Shown here: positions 40,676 to 50,589 of the stretch, in pieces
Position numbering within the stretch: the stretch's first letter is position 1
How the letters are laid out: every line of letters begins with the position of its first letter
IMG/VR virus record: IMGVR_UViG_3300047383_000862
Length of the DNA stretch: 64,000 bases
Strand: one strand, 5' to 3'
From: an uncultured virus (IMG/VR IMGVR_UViG_3300047383_000862)
Lineage: Duplodnaviria > Heunggongvirae > Uroviricota > Caudoviricetes
Program-made: the position numbers and the translations under genes
Notes under the pieces: model-generated
Databases searched by the model: none
Seen by the model: the letters and a program-made list of their open reading frames with translations, nothing else
What the model was told of the DNA's origin: nothing

Positions 40676-40880
40676 AATAACTAATAGATAATTATCATTA
40701 ATTTACACCGTTTTTATTTCCACTTGCAATAATTTGGATCTTCCCTTCTTTTTCTCCTCATGTATTCCCTCTTTTGTTCCTTGCGTCTTTCTTTATCTGA
40801 TTCATCGTATTTTCCGCGAGCTTTTTTTAAAGAATTTTTACCTTTTTCAGTCTGACTATATTTTTTTTGCCTATCGCTCA

Positions 40881-41117
40881 TTACTCTATACTAAAATTAT
40901 CTTCATCATCGTCCTCTTCAGGCTCTTCAGGCTCTTCAATATTAAAAACTATATCATCACCAAGCAACTCTTTAATTTTTTCCATTAAAGCTCCAGCTAT
41001 TGTAAAAACATTAATATCAAACTCTTCTAAATACCTGTCACACATGTCATCAAGATCAAAGCGAAATGCGTCGGTCTGCTCATCAAAATCTCTCGGGCCA
41101 GTATATTTGTCAGACAT
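40881..41117 (-). CDS. acidic hypothetical protein
   Basis: ORF coupled to the epimerase. Confidence 0.7.
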   Translation of the reverse strand: MSDKYTGPRDFDEQTDAFRFDLDDMCDRYLEEFDINVFTIAGALMEKIKELLGDDIVFNIEEPEEPEEDDDEDNFSIE

Positions 41118-42091
41118 TAATCAATATTTAAAGATTTTTTATATTTTGGAACCCAGTCTTCAATTGATACGGTTGGTTCCCACTGTAAAAGTTTTTTAGC
41201 TTTACTGTTATCTGCAAGAGTTTCTTGAGGTTCCAGCCTTTTTTCTATATATGTTTTTTCGCCGCCCATAAGATCTGCGAGCTGATTTACTGAACGATTA
41301 TCTCCACAGCCTATATTGATAACTTCTCCACTTCCAACATTTTTTGAAGTCATCGCTAAAAGATTTGATTTAGCAACATCCCCAACGTAGGTAAAATCTC
41401 TACGCTGTTCTCCGTCTCCTGTTATGGTAAGAGGTTTGCCTTCTAATCTTTGCTGGGCAAAGACACTCATAACCAGCTTATAAGCACCACTATCTAGAGA
41501 CTGTCTTTCGCCAAAAACATTAAAATAACGAAGACTAACAGTTTCTAAACCGTAACAGTGATAAAAAACTCTGCAATACTGTTCTCCAATTAATTTTTGT
41601 AAACCATAAGGACTTAAGGGGTCGGTTGGGCAATCTTCTGAAGTAGGTAAAACTTCAGCATTCCCGTAAGCGGACGAACTGGCGCTGTACACAAAGCGTT
41701 TAACGCCTAATTTTTGAGCTATAAATAAAATATTTAACGTCCCATTAACGTTAGTATTGTTATATTTAATTGGATCTTCTATAGATGGTTGCACCCTAGC
41801 GAGAGCGGCTAAGTGAAAAATACCATCAACATTTTTCGCCGCCTCTTCCACGATTTTAGTGTCTCGTGATGGGCAGGGGAATTGGCGATACACTGAGCCT
41901 GGATGAATATCTTGACTACAGCAGTTTAAGTCTGCCTCGATGAATTGAGCGTTTTTATTTATATTCGCTTTTTTCCCTGTTGACAAATTATCAACAACGA
42001 CTACTTCATGCCCTTCTTGGATTAATAAATCCACAAGATTACTTCCTATAAATCCTGCTCCTCCAGTTACTAAAAATTTATTTTTCTTCAT
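41117..42091 (-). CDS. NAD-dependent nucleotide-sugar epimerase/dehydratase
   Basis: TGGAGFIGS, HLAA, SSSAYG, YGLQK, LRYFNVFG, GDGEQRRDF. Confidence 0.92.
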   Translation of the reverse strand: MKKNKFLVTGGAGFIGSNLVDLLIQEGHEVVVVDNLSTGKKANINKNAQFIEADLNCCSQDIHPGSVYRQFPCPSRDTKIVEEAAKNVDGIFHLAALARVQPSIEDPIKYNNTNVNGTLNILFIAQKLGVKRFVYSASSSAYGNAEVLPTSEDCPTDPLSPYGLQKLIGEQYCRVFYHCYGLETVSLRYFNVFGERQSLDSGAYKLVMSVFAQQRLEGKPLTITGDGEQRRDFTYVGDVAKSNLLAMTSKNVGSGEVINIGCGDNRSVNQLADLMGGEKTYIEKRLEPQETLADNSKAKKLLQWEPTVSIEDWVPKYKKSLNID

Positions 42092-43034
42092 TATTCTTTA
42101 AATACCAGTTGTATGTCTGACGGATTCCTTCTGTTAATGCTATTGATGGAGTGAAGCCGAGTTTAAACATGCGATTGCTGTTCATTAATTTTCTAAAAGT
42201 TCCATCTGGCTTCGTTTTGTCATATCTGATTTCCCCACGAAACCCTACTATAGATTTAATTATATTAGCTAATTCAAGTATAGAAAATTCTTGAGAAGAT
42301 CCACAATTTAAATGCGAAATATTATATTTATAAATATCTTCGGCGTTAATTTTCTCAAGACATAACAAAATTGCGCTCGCTAAGTCTCTGACATGAAGAA
42401 ACTCTCTTCTTGGCTTGCCTGAGCCCCAAATTTTAACAAATTCTGATCCATCTTTCTTTGCCGTATGAAACTTATTGATCAACGCAGGTAAAACATGAGA
42501 GCTGTATAGGTCGAAATTATCATTCTCGCCATAAAGGTTACATGGCATTATGGAATAAAAATTGTCTCCATATTGGTGATAGTAGGCTTCGCACATTTTG
42601 AGGGCTGCAATTTTTGCAATAGCATAAGGCTCGTTCGTTTTCTCTAGAGCTCCAGCCAGCAACTGCTCTTCTGTTATGGGTAGTTTTGGGTTTTTGGGGT
42701 AAATACAAGAAGATCCTAAATTAATTAATTTTTTAACTGAGGAATTGTGAGCTGATTTAATTACATTTGTGGCAATTTGCAAATTATCATAAAGGAAGTC
42801 TGCTCTATATGTGTTATTAGCGGATATTCCACCTACTTTGGCGGCGCATAAAATAACTACATCAATCGAATTATTTTCGAAGAATTTATCAACCTTAGCT
42901 TGGTTGGTTAAGTCTATTTGAGATCTAGACCTAGTGACAATGTTATTGTAGCCAGAGCTTTGGAGTAGGCTAAGTACAGCTGAGCCTACCATGCCATTAT
43001 GGCCTGCGACGAAAATTTTAGAGTGTTTGCCCAT
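42078..43034 (-). CDS. fcl: GDP-L-fucose synthase
   Basis: VAGHNGMVGS, AAKVGGI, LGSSCIYP, YAIAKIA, SSHVLPAL, WGSGKPRREF. Confidence 0.95.
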   Translation of the reverse strand: MGKHSKIFVAGHNGMVGSAVLSLLQSSGYNNIVTRSRSQIDLTNQAKVDKFFENNSIDVVILCAAKVGGISANNTYRADFLYDNLQIATNVIKSAHNSSVKKLINLGSSCIYPKNPKLPITEEQLLAGALEKTNEPYAIAKIAALKMCEAYYHQYGDNFYSIMPCNLYGENDNFDLYSSHVLPALINKFHTAKKDGSEFVKIWGSGKPRREFLHVRDLASAILLCLEKINAEDIYKYNISHLNCGSSQEFSILELANIIKSIVGFRGEIRYDKTKPDGTFRKLMNSNRMFKLGFTPSIALTEGIRQTYNWYLKNNEEK

Positions 43035-44073
43035 TTTTAAGCAAAAGGTAGTCATTATCATACATCTTGTGAACTAATTGCTCGAAAGATGTTTTGCGCT
43101 TCCAGCCGAGCTCAGCTTCAGCTTTAGATGGGTCACCGCACAATTTATGAACTTCAGCAGGTCTATAAAAAGCGGGATCAACTTCAAAAAATAATTTATT
43201 AGAGTCCGTGTAATATTTTTCTTCGTCTCCTTCACCTTTTGAGAAAAATTGAATTCCAGCGCGAGCCAAACAAGTATTTAAAAAATGTCTAACCGTAAAC
43301 ATTTCACCACTTCCTAAAACGTAATTCTTTGGCTTTTCTTGATTTAACATTAGCCAAACACCCTCCATAAAATCTTCAGAGTCGCTCCAATCTCGCTGAG
43401 CTTCTAGGTTTCCTAACTTTAAGATTGGTAGCTCTTTGTCGTTTTCTAAAGCAATTTTAATTTTTGCGATAGTATGGGTAATTTTTCTAGTTACAAAATC
43501 AAGTCCTCTTCTTGATCCTTCGTGATTAAACAGCCAGCCTTGTATTGCATAAAGCCCGTAAGACTCTTTATAGACTCTCACGATATGTCGAGCTCCGCAT
43601 TTCGCGGCTCCATATGGAGATTGAGGTAGTAGTGGGTGATCTTCGTCTTGAGGCGTATAGATAACATCTCCGAACTCTTCGGAAGAGCCTGCGTTATAAA
43701 ACCTACAACTGGGCGCAAATCTTCGTATAGACTCTAAAATATGCAGAACTGCATTTGCGTCCGTATCCCATGTTTGTATTGGGTACTTCCAACTGCCTGC
43801 GACAAAAGACTGCGCGGCGAAATTAATAAAATAATCTGGCTGTATATCAATAATAATATCTCTAATGCTATGCGCATCATTTAAGTCCATGTCAATGAGC
43901 TGAAAGCGAGGTTCGTTCGCGAGATGTAAAATGTTAGTATGATTCTTGACACTCAGTCTTCTAACCGAGCCATATATCATAAAATCAGTTTTGCCGTTAA
44001 ATAATTTCAAAAGATAGTCTACCATATGACTACCATCTTGTCCTGTGACTCCTGTTACAATGATTTTTTTCAT
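43018..44073 (-). CDS. gmd: GDP-mannose 4,6-dehydratase
   Basis: TGVTGQDGS, AAQSFV, SSEEFG, SPYGAAK, FNHE..RG.DFVTRKI, RPAEV. Confidence 0.95.
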   Translation of the reverse strand: MKKIIVTGVTGQDGSHMVDYLLKLFNGKTDFMIYGSVRRLSVKNHTNILHLANEPRFQLIDMDLNDAHSIRDIIIDIQPDYFINFAAQSFVAGSWKYPIQTWDTDANAVLHILESIRRFAPSCRFYNAGSSEEFGDVIYTPQDEDHPLLPQSPYGAAKCGARHIVRVYKESYGLYAIQGWLFNHEGSRRGLDFVTRKITHTIAKIKIALENDKELPILKLGNLEAQRDWSDSEDFMEGVWLMLNQEKPKNYVLGSGEMFTVRHFLNTCLARAGIQFFSKGEGDEEKYYTDSNKLFFEVDPAFYRPAEVHKLCGDPSKAEAELGWKRKTSFEQLVHKMYDNDYLLLKNGQTL

Positions 44074-44101
44074 ATAATATTATATCTTGATGTTTGAAAA
44101 A

Positions 44102-44902
44102 TTAAATAATAATCCATTCTTCAGGTCTAATTGTTTGATAATCGACATTATTCCCATACCAAACTTTTGGTGAGACGACTTTTTTTTCTGGATTTTCATT
44201 AAGCCATGCCCCCATCCAACTGAAAGAACTATTAGCTATTATGTTATTGTGGCACATAGTCATAAGTTTTAAATCATCTATATTAGAATTGTTTTCCATA
44301 AAAATCATATTTTCAAATTCAAGATTTTGCTTGCACCACGCGATATCATCAGAGAATACAAATAAATTACCTTTAGGTTTTATTATCTCTAAAGCTTTTT
44401 GATAATATGCAATATCTAAAACAGGATGATACCCATTAGACTTTAAATAGTCTCCTCTTCTAACATGTAAAGAGCAGGAGTTTGTAAAGTCAAAATTATG
44501 ATTTAGATCTAAATTTATGCAAGATATAATTTCGCTTCTATAATCTCTTAAATGTCTTTCGTTTTGCCAATAACCATCAAAGTAATAAAAAAAATTTTTA
44601 TCATATTCAATTTGCATAAAAGACCCATTGGATGGTTCTTGTATAAATTTTTGCGCCCCGTCTCGATATGCTTTAGCATGAAATTGATCTACTATATCTT
44701 GGGTTAATATTGGAATTTCTATATTTAATAAATCGGGCAAACAAAACTCTCTAACATCTGTATATCCTGCACGATTAGCTACGCCAGTATAAAAACTAAT
44801 ATCATAATAATCTTTAACGCCAAATTTTTTAGAAAGTGAATAGCCAAAAGCCCATTGAAATAATTGGTTGGCTAGCCCATCTTTTATTTTAACTATATTC
44901 AT
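44102..44902 (-). CDS. alpha-1,2-fucosyltransferase (GT11)
   Basis: GLANQLFQ, GYWQ, HVRRGDY, FSDD..WC, NSSFSW..AWL. Confidence 0.9.
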   Translation of the reverse strand: MNIVKIKDGLANQLFQWAFGYSLSKKFGVKDYYDISFYTGVANRAGYTDVREFCLPDLLNIEIPILTQDIVDQFHAKAYRDGAQKFIQEPSNGSFMQIEYDKNFFYYFDGYWQNERHLRDYRSEIISCINLDLNHNFDFTNSCSLHVRRGDYLKSNGYHPVLDIAYYQKALEIIKPKGNLFVFSDDIAWCKQNLEFENMIFMENNSNIDDLKLMTMCHNNIIANSSFSWMGAWLNENPEKKVVSPKVWYGNNVDYQTIRPEEWIII

Positions 44903-45531
44903 AAGTCAAGGGTATTGAAATTGCAATTTAAGAAGCTTTTGGGGTAAAATTTTTCTAATTTTTTATTGTCTAATTGAAGGTTATCTTTTGAGCTGTATGT
45001 GGCGAATTTAGATAATTCATGATGGCCAATAACAGTTAAATCATTAAGTTGATTTTTGAAATATACTTCAAAAGCGTCTTGCCAAAATTTTGGAAAAATT
45101 AAACTCGAATTTAGATCAAAAGAAAAAAAGCTTAAGTTTTCCATAGGCACTAAATCAACACATATTTTATACAATAATCTATGATGATAGTGTCCATATT
45201 CTCCAAGCTTGCCATGAGTAATTATTTTTTTAGGATTATATTTTTCAATTGTTTCTTTTATTTTTTTTATAAAATCAAATTTAATTTCGCCACTCCAAGA
45301 TAAATTATAAGGATTATCTGGGAAATTTAAATTAATACTCTCAAAGCCGATAATTTGTGAAACTTTTTTAATCTTCGCAATCCTTTCTTCTTTTTCAGAG
45401 ATTGCGCCAGGGTAACCAAATGAAGAGGTGGCTACAACAACGATCCAATTTTTAGGAGATTTTTTAAGTTCAGGCCAACCCCAGAGTAATTCATCGTCTG
45501 GGTGGGCAACTATCATCATATTTTTTTTCAT
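44899..45531 (-). CDS. PIG-L/LmbE family N-deacetylase
   Basis: VAHPDDE and ITH...GEYGHYHH. Confidence 0.8.
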   Translation of the reverse strand: MKKNMMIVAHPDDELLWGWPELKKSPKNWIVVVATSSFGYPGAISEKEERIAKIKKVSQIIGFESINLNFPDNPYNLSWSGEIKFDFIKKIKETIEKYNPKKIITHGKLGEYGHYHHRLLYKICVDLVPMENLSFFSFDLNSSLIFPKFWQDAFEVYFKNQLNDLTVIGHHELSKFATYSSKDNLQLDNKKLEKFYPKSFLNCNFNTLDL

Positions 45532-45535
45532 ATAA

Positions 45536-46276
45536 TTAAATATAAGACGAAGTTTGGCGAGCAATCGTATAGTAATTAGCGTCAATTAACACATTGCCGC
45601 TTTCATTGATTATTGAATTAGGGCCTAGTCTTGTTTGAACTTGGTTAAAGAAATAAAACTTAACCTCTTCTTGATTAAACTTAACGAATGGTTGAAATGT
45701 GAGCTCACGAGCAGAACAAATTGACTCAAAATATTTATATAGATAAAAAACGTTAGCCCCTCTGTTTTCTGGCTTGCTATCTATTGGGTTGTCTATGCAA
45801 TGATTTATGAGATCTAGTAGAATTGGGTTATTAGGAAAAGACCCCAAAAGTCCATTGGCAGTTATTTTAAAAACACGTTTTTTTTCTTTTTTAAAATTTA
45901 CATAATCAAGCGTTGGTCCGCCCTGACCAAAAGAGCTAAAAAAGTTAATGTCTTTAGGGGTCATGCTTTCAAAACTAGTCATCGGTTTTAAGTCAATGTC
46001 AAGATATATCCCGCCATGCAAGTAAAGCAAACAATATCTTAATAAGTCAGATTGATGACAATATCTAGGTAATTTCTCTAAGGCGTCTTTTATTTTTTCA
46101 AAAAAATTATTCTCAAAACCAAGTTTTATTGCTTGTAAGGCTTGATCAAAGTCTAAAAAATTATAATTGTAATTTTTATTTAAATCTTTGATGTATTCGG
46201 AAATAGAATGGGGAACAAAGGATTTGTCGTGATACAATTGAAAAATATTTTTAGGTATTATTTTAAAGTCTTTCAT
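45536..46276 (-). CDS. DXD glycosyltransferase (GT32/Och1-like)
   Basis: IPKNIFQ, SDLLRY.LLY..GGIYLDID. Confidence 0.85.
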   Translation of the reverse strand: MKDFKIIPKNIFQLYHDKSFVPHSISEYIKDLNKNYNYNFLDFDQALQAIKLGFENNFFEKIKDALEKLPRYCHQSDLLRYCLLYLHGGIYLDIDLKPMTSFESMTPKDINFFSSFGQGGPTLDYVNFKKEKKRVFKITANGLLGSFPNNPILLDLINHCIDNPIDSKPENRGANVFYLYKYFESICSARELTFQPFVKFNQEEVKFYFFNQVQTRLGPNSIINESGNVLIDANYYTIARQTSSYI

Positions 46277-47207
46277 TAATATTTGACATCATGCGGTTTA
46301 TCACCGAGGGATTGCCATTATGTATATATATGGGCTCATCATGCTTAGAAGATAGAGAGCCAACTACAAATATATTTTTCAAGCTAGTTTCATTAAATTC
46401 ATTTATTGCGGGAAATTTATTATAAAATAAAGCACCAGCCTCCAGTAAGAGTGGACTTAATCCGTTATAACCAGTAAGCATATGGCAAGAATCTACATCG
46501 CTGATTACTTTTCCAGAGGTAAGGGTTATAGATTTATCGGCATTTAATTTTTTTATTCTGTTTTCTTTATAAAGACTAAGATTTGTTTTATATTTTGAAA
46601 TTATATTTTGAAAATTTTTAAAGTGATCTGGGTTTGCACAAGAACCAGTATAATTACTACCTTTTATTATCCAAGATATATTGTTATGTGGGAGTAAAGA
46701 TACTACAAAGTCAATAGCAGAATTACCTCCACCAACAAGAACTAAATTTTTGTTTTTTAATTCTAAACTGGGAAAATTATAAGAAGCATAATCTGGCAAA
46801 GGAGTGTTTGTTATTGAGTTTTTGTTGTCGAATATTCCTGTCGCTAAAATTAAAATTTTACAATTATATTTTTCTTTGATGCCAAATAAAGAAATGTGAT
46901 GCCCCCTTTTTTTAATTGATTTAATTTCATCTTTTATAAAATTTAAAGATTTTGTTTTAAAGAATTTGTGATAATACGATATAACCTCCTCTGTTTTAGG
47001 GTGGTTTTCAGACCAGTTGTTTTTCAAATCACCTATATCTAATTCATTGCAAGGTGAATGCCAGTTTATGTTTGGATACTGTTTCAACGAATTAACTATA
47101 TCTATTTTTTCTATTAGGCTTATTTTTTTGTCGGGAAACCTTTCTTTTAAGCTGTGGAATGTATATATTCCGTTTGGTCCAGCGCCTATAACTAATATAT
47201 CGTGCAT
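46263..47207 (-). CDS. FAD/NAD(P)-dependent oxidoreductase (YpdA/TrxB-like)
   Basis: VIGAGPNG, LATG, VGGGNSA.D, LTGY, ETS..NIFVVG. Confidence 0.8.
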   Translation of the reverse strand: MHDILVIGAGPNGIYTFHSLKERFPDKKISLIEKIDIVNSLKQYPNINWHSPCNELDIGDLKNNWSENHPKTEEVISYYHKFFKTKSLNFIKDEIKSIKKRGHHISLFGIKEKYNCKILILATGIFDNKNSITNTPLPDYASYNFPSLELKNKNLVLVGGGNSAIDFVVSLLPHNNISWIIKGSNYTGSCANPDHFKNFQNIISKYKTNLSLYKENRIKKLNADKSITLTSGKVISDVDSCHMLTGYNGLSPLLLEAGALFYNKFPAINEFNETSLKNIFVVGSLSSKHDEPIYIHNGNPSVINRMMSNINERL

Positions 47208-47214
47208 AAGTCTT

Positions 47215-47796
47215 TTACATTAATGTTTTTTTCTTTTTTAATACTATAATTAAATTGCTTCTACCTTTAAAAAACGTTTCTAGATCATATCTTTCTTTTA
47301 AGGTATTATCTTTTTTGATAAAGTCTAACCAGAAATCTTCAGTGGAGTATGAGTTTTCCCCAGCAGCGCTATTGGGATCTATATCTGGCCCAAGTAAAAC
47401 TTTTCCATTTTTTGAGAGAATTTTGTCTATTTTTTCTGAAATTATAGATTCATTTTTGTGAAGAGTATATTCATATCCTCCTAAGCCATCTGGTATTCCT
47501 AAAACACCAAAAAGTATAATGTTATCAAATTTATAATTTGGGTTATAATCTAAAAAATCAACTGTTGTGTGCTTATAGCTTGAACCAAAATTAGAACATC
47601 TATCATCAATGTCTATGGTTTCATAAAGGCATTCTTTGTTACATGCAGCCTCGTCATTCTTGTTAAAAGAATGTACACCAACACTTAATGTGTGACCTTC
47701 GCACTTAGGCAAAAAATCTAAAATCATAAATTTTCTTTCAGGAAGGTAGTCATACCAAGATTTATTGCTTTCATATAGTTCTATTGCATTTTTCAT
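47215..47796 (-). CDS. class I SAM-dependent methyltransferase-like protein
   Basis: LSVGV, TIDID, DFL, FDNIILFGVLG, L..NGKVLLG pattern. Confidence 0.55.
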   Translation of the reverse strand: MKNAIELYESNKSWYDYLPERKFMILDFLPKCEGHTLSVGVHSFNKNDEAACNKECLYETIDIDDRCSNFGSSYKHTTVDFLDYNPNYKFDNIILFGVLGIPDGLGGYEYTLHKNESIISEKIDKILSKNGKVLLGPDIDPNSAAGENSYSTEDFWLDFIKKDNTLKERYDLETFFKGRSNLIIVLKKKKTLM

Positions 47797-47797
47797 T

Positions 47798-48460
47798 TTA
47801 AATACTGTTTTGAATTTGTAGTTTTTCTGATTCCATCATTTCTTGGGGGAATTTTAAGGATATTGAATTGTTATTAAGGAAATAATTTGAAAAACAAAAG
47901 TCTATATATTTTGGGCGGTATTTTTTCATTATTCTGACCCAGTAATCATAATCCCAGCATAATTTCATTACAGAATTAAACTTTCCGATATCAAAGTAAA
48001 CTTCTTTTTTGAAGAAGCACGATGGTTGAGGTATATAATTCTGATGTTTCATGTCTGACAATGAAACGTGAGGTTTGTAATAAGTCGGCACAGGAGATTC
48101 ATTGACGTGATAATTTATTTTTCCGAAATACCACATTGAATTATCTATATTATTTATTAAAACAGAGAATGCATCATCGCAAAAGTAATCATCATGGTGA
48201 AATATACTTATAATGTCGCCAGAAATGTGTTCCATGGCTTGGTTTGCGGCGTCCCCCAAAGATACATCTGGCTTAGAGATGATTTTTATTGACTTATCTT
48301 TAAAATCCTTCTCTAGAAGTTTCAGCTCTTTTTCAGAACCATTATGTTTAATGATTATCTCGTAATTACGATAAGATTGAGAAAGAACGCTGTTGACGCA
48401 TCTTTTTAATTTTTGGTGGTTATAATTTTTAATAACCATGACTACACTTATTTTGTTCAT
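47798..48460 (-). CDS. glycosyltransferase family 2
   Basis: ISVVM, SVLSQSY.NYEIII, HHDD, PQPSCF, DYDYWVR. Confidence 0.88.
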   Translation of the reverse strand: MNKISVVMVIKNYNHQKLKRCVNSVLSQSYRNYEIIIKHNGSEKELKLLEKDFKDKSIKIISKPDVSLGDAANQAMEHISGDIISIFHHDDYFCDDAFSVLINNIDNSMWYFGKINYHVNESPVPTYYKPHVSLSDMKHQNYIPQPSCFFKKEVYFDIGKFNSVMKLCWDYDYWVRIMKKYRPKYIDFCFSNYFLNNNSISLKFPQEMMESEKLQIQNSI

Positions 48461-48472
48461 GATATCATTAAT

Positions 48473-49156
48473 TCATAATCTTATTTTTTTGTGGTTTTTA
48501 TCAAGAGCTATAAGTCTTGGGGTAAATGGAGGCTTTAAACTTTCTCCATAACAGTAACCTGGATCTAATATTTTTGTTGGAGGATTGTCTATAAAGTATC
48601 TATTCATGTGAGACTCGTCGTGCCATATAGCGATAATATTATTATTATAATCTTGTTGTATGTTTTTGAATAAAGTGTCAGACATTTTGAGATACTCTTT
48701 CTTGCTGCCTCCATTAAAACCTCCAGCGAAATACTGCATAGACTCAAATTGAGAAATATAAGCTAAAGAATTTGGATTTGTCTCTGGCGTTCCTCTGGTT
48801 CCATAGTAACCTGGGTGTTGTGTAGCAACTCGATCACTTAATATCTCGTCGGAAACAGTATCGCAAAATTTCATATCGACATCACAATAAAAAAGATAAT
48901 CCATATCCGCAAAACATTCCTGATTACTAGAAAATATTTCATATCTCCCAAGAGTCATCCATGGCCAAGGTTGATGATTTGTTTTGATTAAATTAATTTT
49001 TCTTTTTGACTCAATTTTAATTGCTTCTTGATTTGTGAATACAAAATATTCTACATTTTCATTTGGCAAAAAATATTCATCTGCACTATTTAATAAATCA
49101 TTTAAAAATGAAATGTATTTATTAGTTGCAATAATTAGTAATCCTGTTTTCTTCAT
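48473..49156 (-). CDS. glycosyltransferase family 6 (ABO-like alpha-1,3-Gal/GalNAc transferase)
   Basis: IATNKY, YFVFT, WP..TL.RY, CDVD, YFAGGFNGG, WHDESHMNRYF. Confidence 0.9.
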   Translation of the reverse strand: MKKTGLLIIATNKYISFLNDLLNSADEYFLPNENVEYFVFTNQEAIKIESKRKINLIKTNHQPWPWMTLGRYEIFSSNQECFADMDYLFYCDVDMKFCDTVSDEILSDRVATQHPGYYGTRGTPETNPNSLAYISQFESMQYFAGGFNGGSKKEYLKMSDTLFKNIQQDYNNNIIAIWHDESHMNRYFIDNPPTKILDPGYCYGESLKPPFTPRLIALDKNHKKIRL

Positions 49157-49818
49157 GCCATATAGTCTCTCAAAATCATTCCTATACAAAAATCTTCACA
49201 GCCTCCCATTAAATTTTTAAACTTATAAAATAAACTTTCATTTTGCACAACTAATGGAATCAATTCTTTTGACACAGAATAGCACTTACCACCCCAATAA
49301 GATTTCGGCCATTTGTCGAATCCAACTTCTGAAAATAAAGCTTCTGGAAGAACAAAAAGACTTTTCGAACTAGCCCAATTTCTAAAACTTTCCAGAGAAT
49401 TGCCTTCGATTTTAACATAACCATTGTAAGGTTTTGAGAAAAAATTTTCTTTAAATTTATTTTCAAAATTATAAAAGGAAAAAGCGGGACTCACAGAAAT
49501 ATGATTATTTTTAATTATACTACTGTCTATTTTAAGTAAATAATCAAAATTAAAGAGCTTGCTGCATGCATCTATCATTTTATAAGTTTTGATACATAGG
49601 TTATCGTAAGATTCTTCAGTTTTTAAAGTTAAAATATTATTTTTAAAAGCATACTCTTCTTTGATTGAGGGATCTGCCAAAACTTCAATAATTTCAAAAT
49701 TATCTTTAGAAGATACATCTTTAAACCAATCGGTATCCTTTAATTCTGCGACAGATTCTGCGTCTCTCTTGCAGGTATAAATGCAGATTAATATTTTACT
49801 TGTGGATAAAGTAGACAT
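49153..49818 (-). CDS. galactosyltransferase-like protein (GT31-like)
   Basis: ESYDNLCIKT, FDYLLKID, GGKCYSVS, EDFCIG. Confidence 0.7.
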   Translation of the reverse strand: MSTLSTSKILICIYTCKRDAESVAELKDTDWFKDVSSKDNFEIIEVLADPSIKEEYAFKNNILTLKTEESYDNLCIKTYKMIDACSKLFNFDYLLKIDSSIIKNNHISVSPAFSFYNFENKFKENFFSKPYNGYVKIEGNSLESFRNWASSKSLFVLPEALFSEVGFDKWPKSYWGGKCYSVSKELIPLVVQNESLFYKFKNLMGGCEDFCIGMILRDYMA

Positions 49819-50551
49819 CTTTTCTGTCGTTTTGAAATTTTTTAAATTCACTACAAACTGGCTCGCCAATCATTATGCTTTTATTTGATAGAATACTCCT
49901 GAATATGTATTGACCCAAGAACATGTCTGCATGACCAAATTCGGGCCTTCCGATTTTTTCGCGCTCGGTGTTGTAACTGTTTAAGAAAAGTTTTATATTT
50001 TGATAATCTGCGCCAATAACTCCCATGTTTATCAACTCTAAATGCTCGTGATTAATCATAAACCACACTAGGTTTTCTAGATTACATTTTTGATGGAATT
50101 CAAGGTACGGGAATTGATTTAATTTTATTGAGTCATTGCAAACAAAATAATCTATTTCTTGAAATTCTAAGAATAGGTTTAATGGATTTTGAACTATACT
50201 TACATCCGAACAGTCTGTTAAAAATATATAATCATAAAAATTATCTTCTAAAAATTTTTCATAACATATCCATCTATAATCTAAGTTGCTGTATTGCGAA
50301 TCTTCTACTCGTATAAATTTTATTTTATCGGTTGTGTATTGTTCTACAAATTCATCTGATAAATTGTCATGAAAAACAAAGCCATTTAATTTTAGCTTAT
50401 CGGCTGATTCGTACCATGGTTTGATGTAATTTATTTCGTTGTTTGACACGCAACCATCCGCGTTGCGACCAACAACATAATTATCCTGAGGGCTGTTAGG
50501 ATGCTTCTTTTTAGAAAAATAAGAAGTTAGGATAGCTATTGAATCTGACAT
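49796..50551 (-). CDS. putative glycosyltransferase
   Basis: R....KFL, IFLTDCSDV..VQNP, INMGVIG; lies within the glycan cluster. Confidence 0.6.
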   Translation of the reverse strand: MSDSIAILTSYFSKKKHPNSPQDNYVVGRNADGCVSNNEINYIKPWYESADKLKLNGFVFHDNLSDEFVEQYTTDKIKFIRVEDSQYSNLDYRWICYEKFLEDNFYDYIFLTDCSDVSIVQNPLNLFLEFQEIDYFVCNDSIKLNQFPYLEFHQKCNLENLVWFMINHEHLELINMGVIGADYQNIKLFLNSYNTEREKIGRPEFGHADMFLGQYIFRSILSNKSIMIGEPVCSEFKKFQNDRKDVYFIHK

Positions 50552-50589
50552 TATATTATTATATATTAATCTGCGACAAAATCAAGTAA

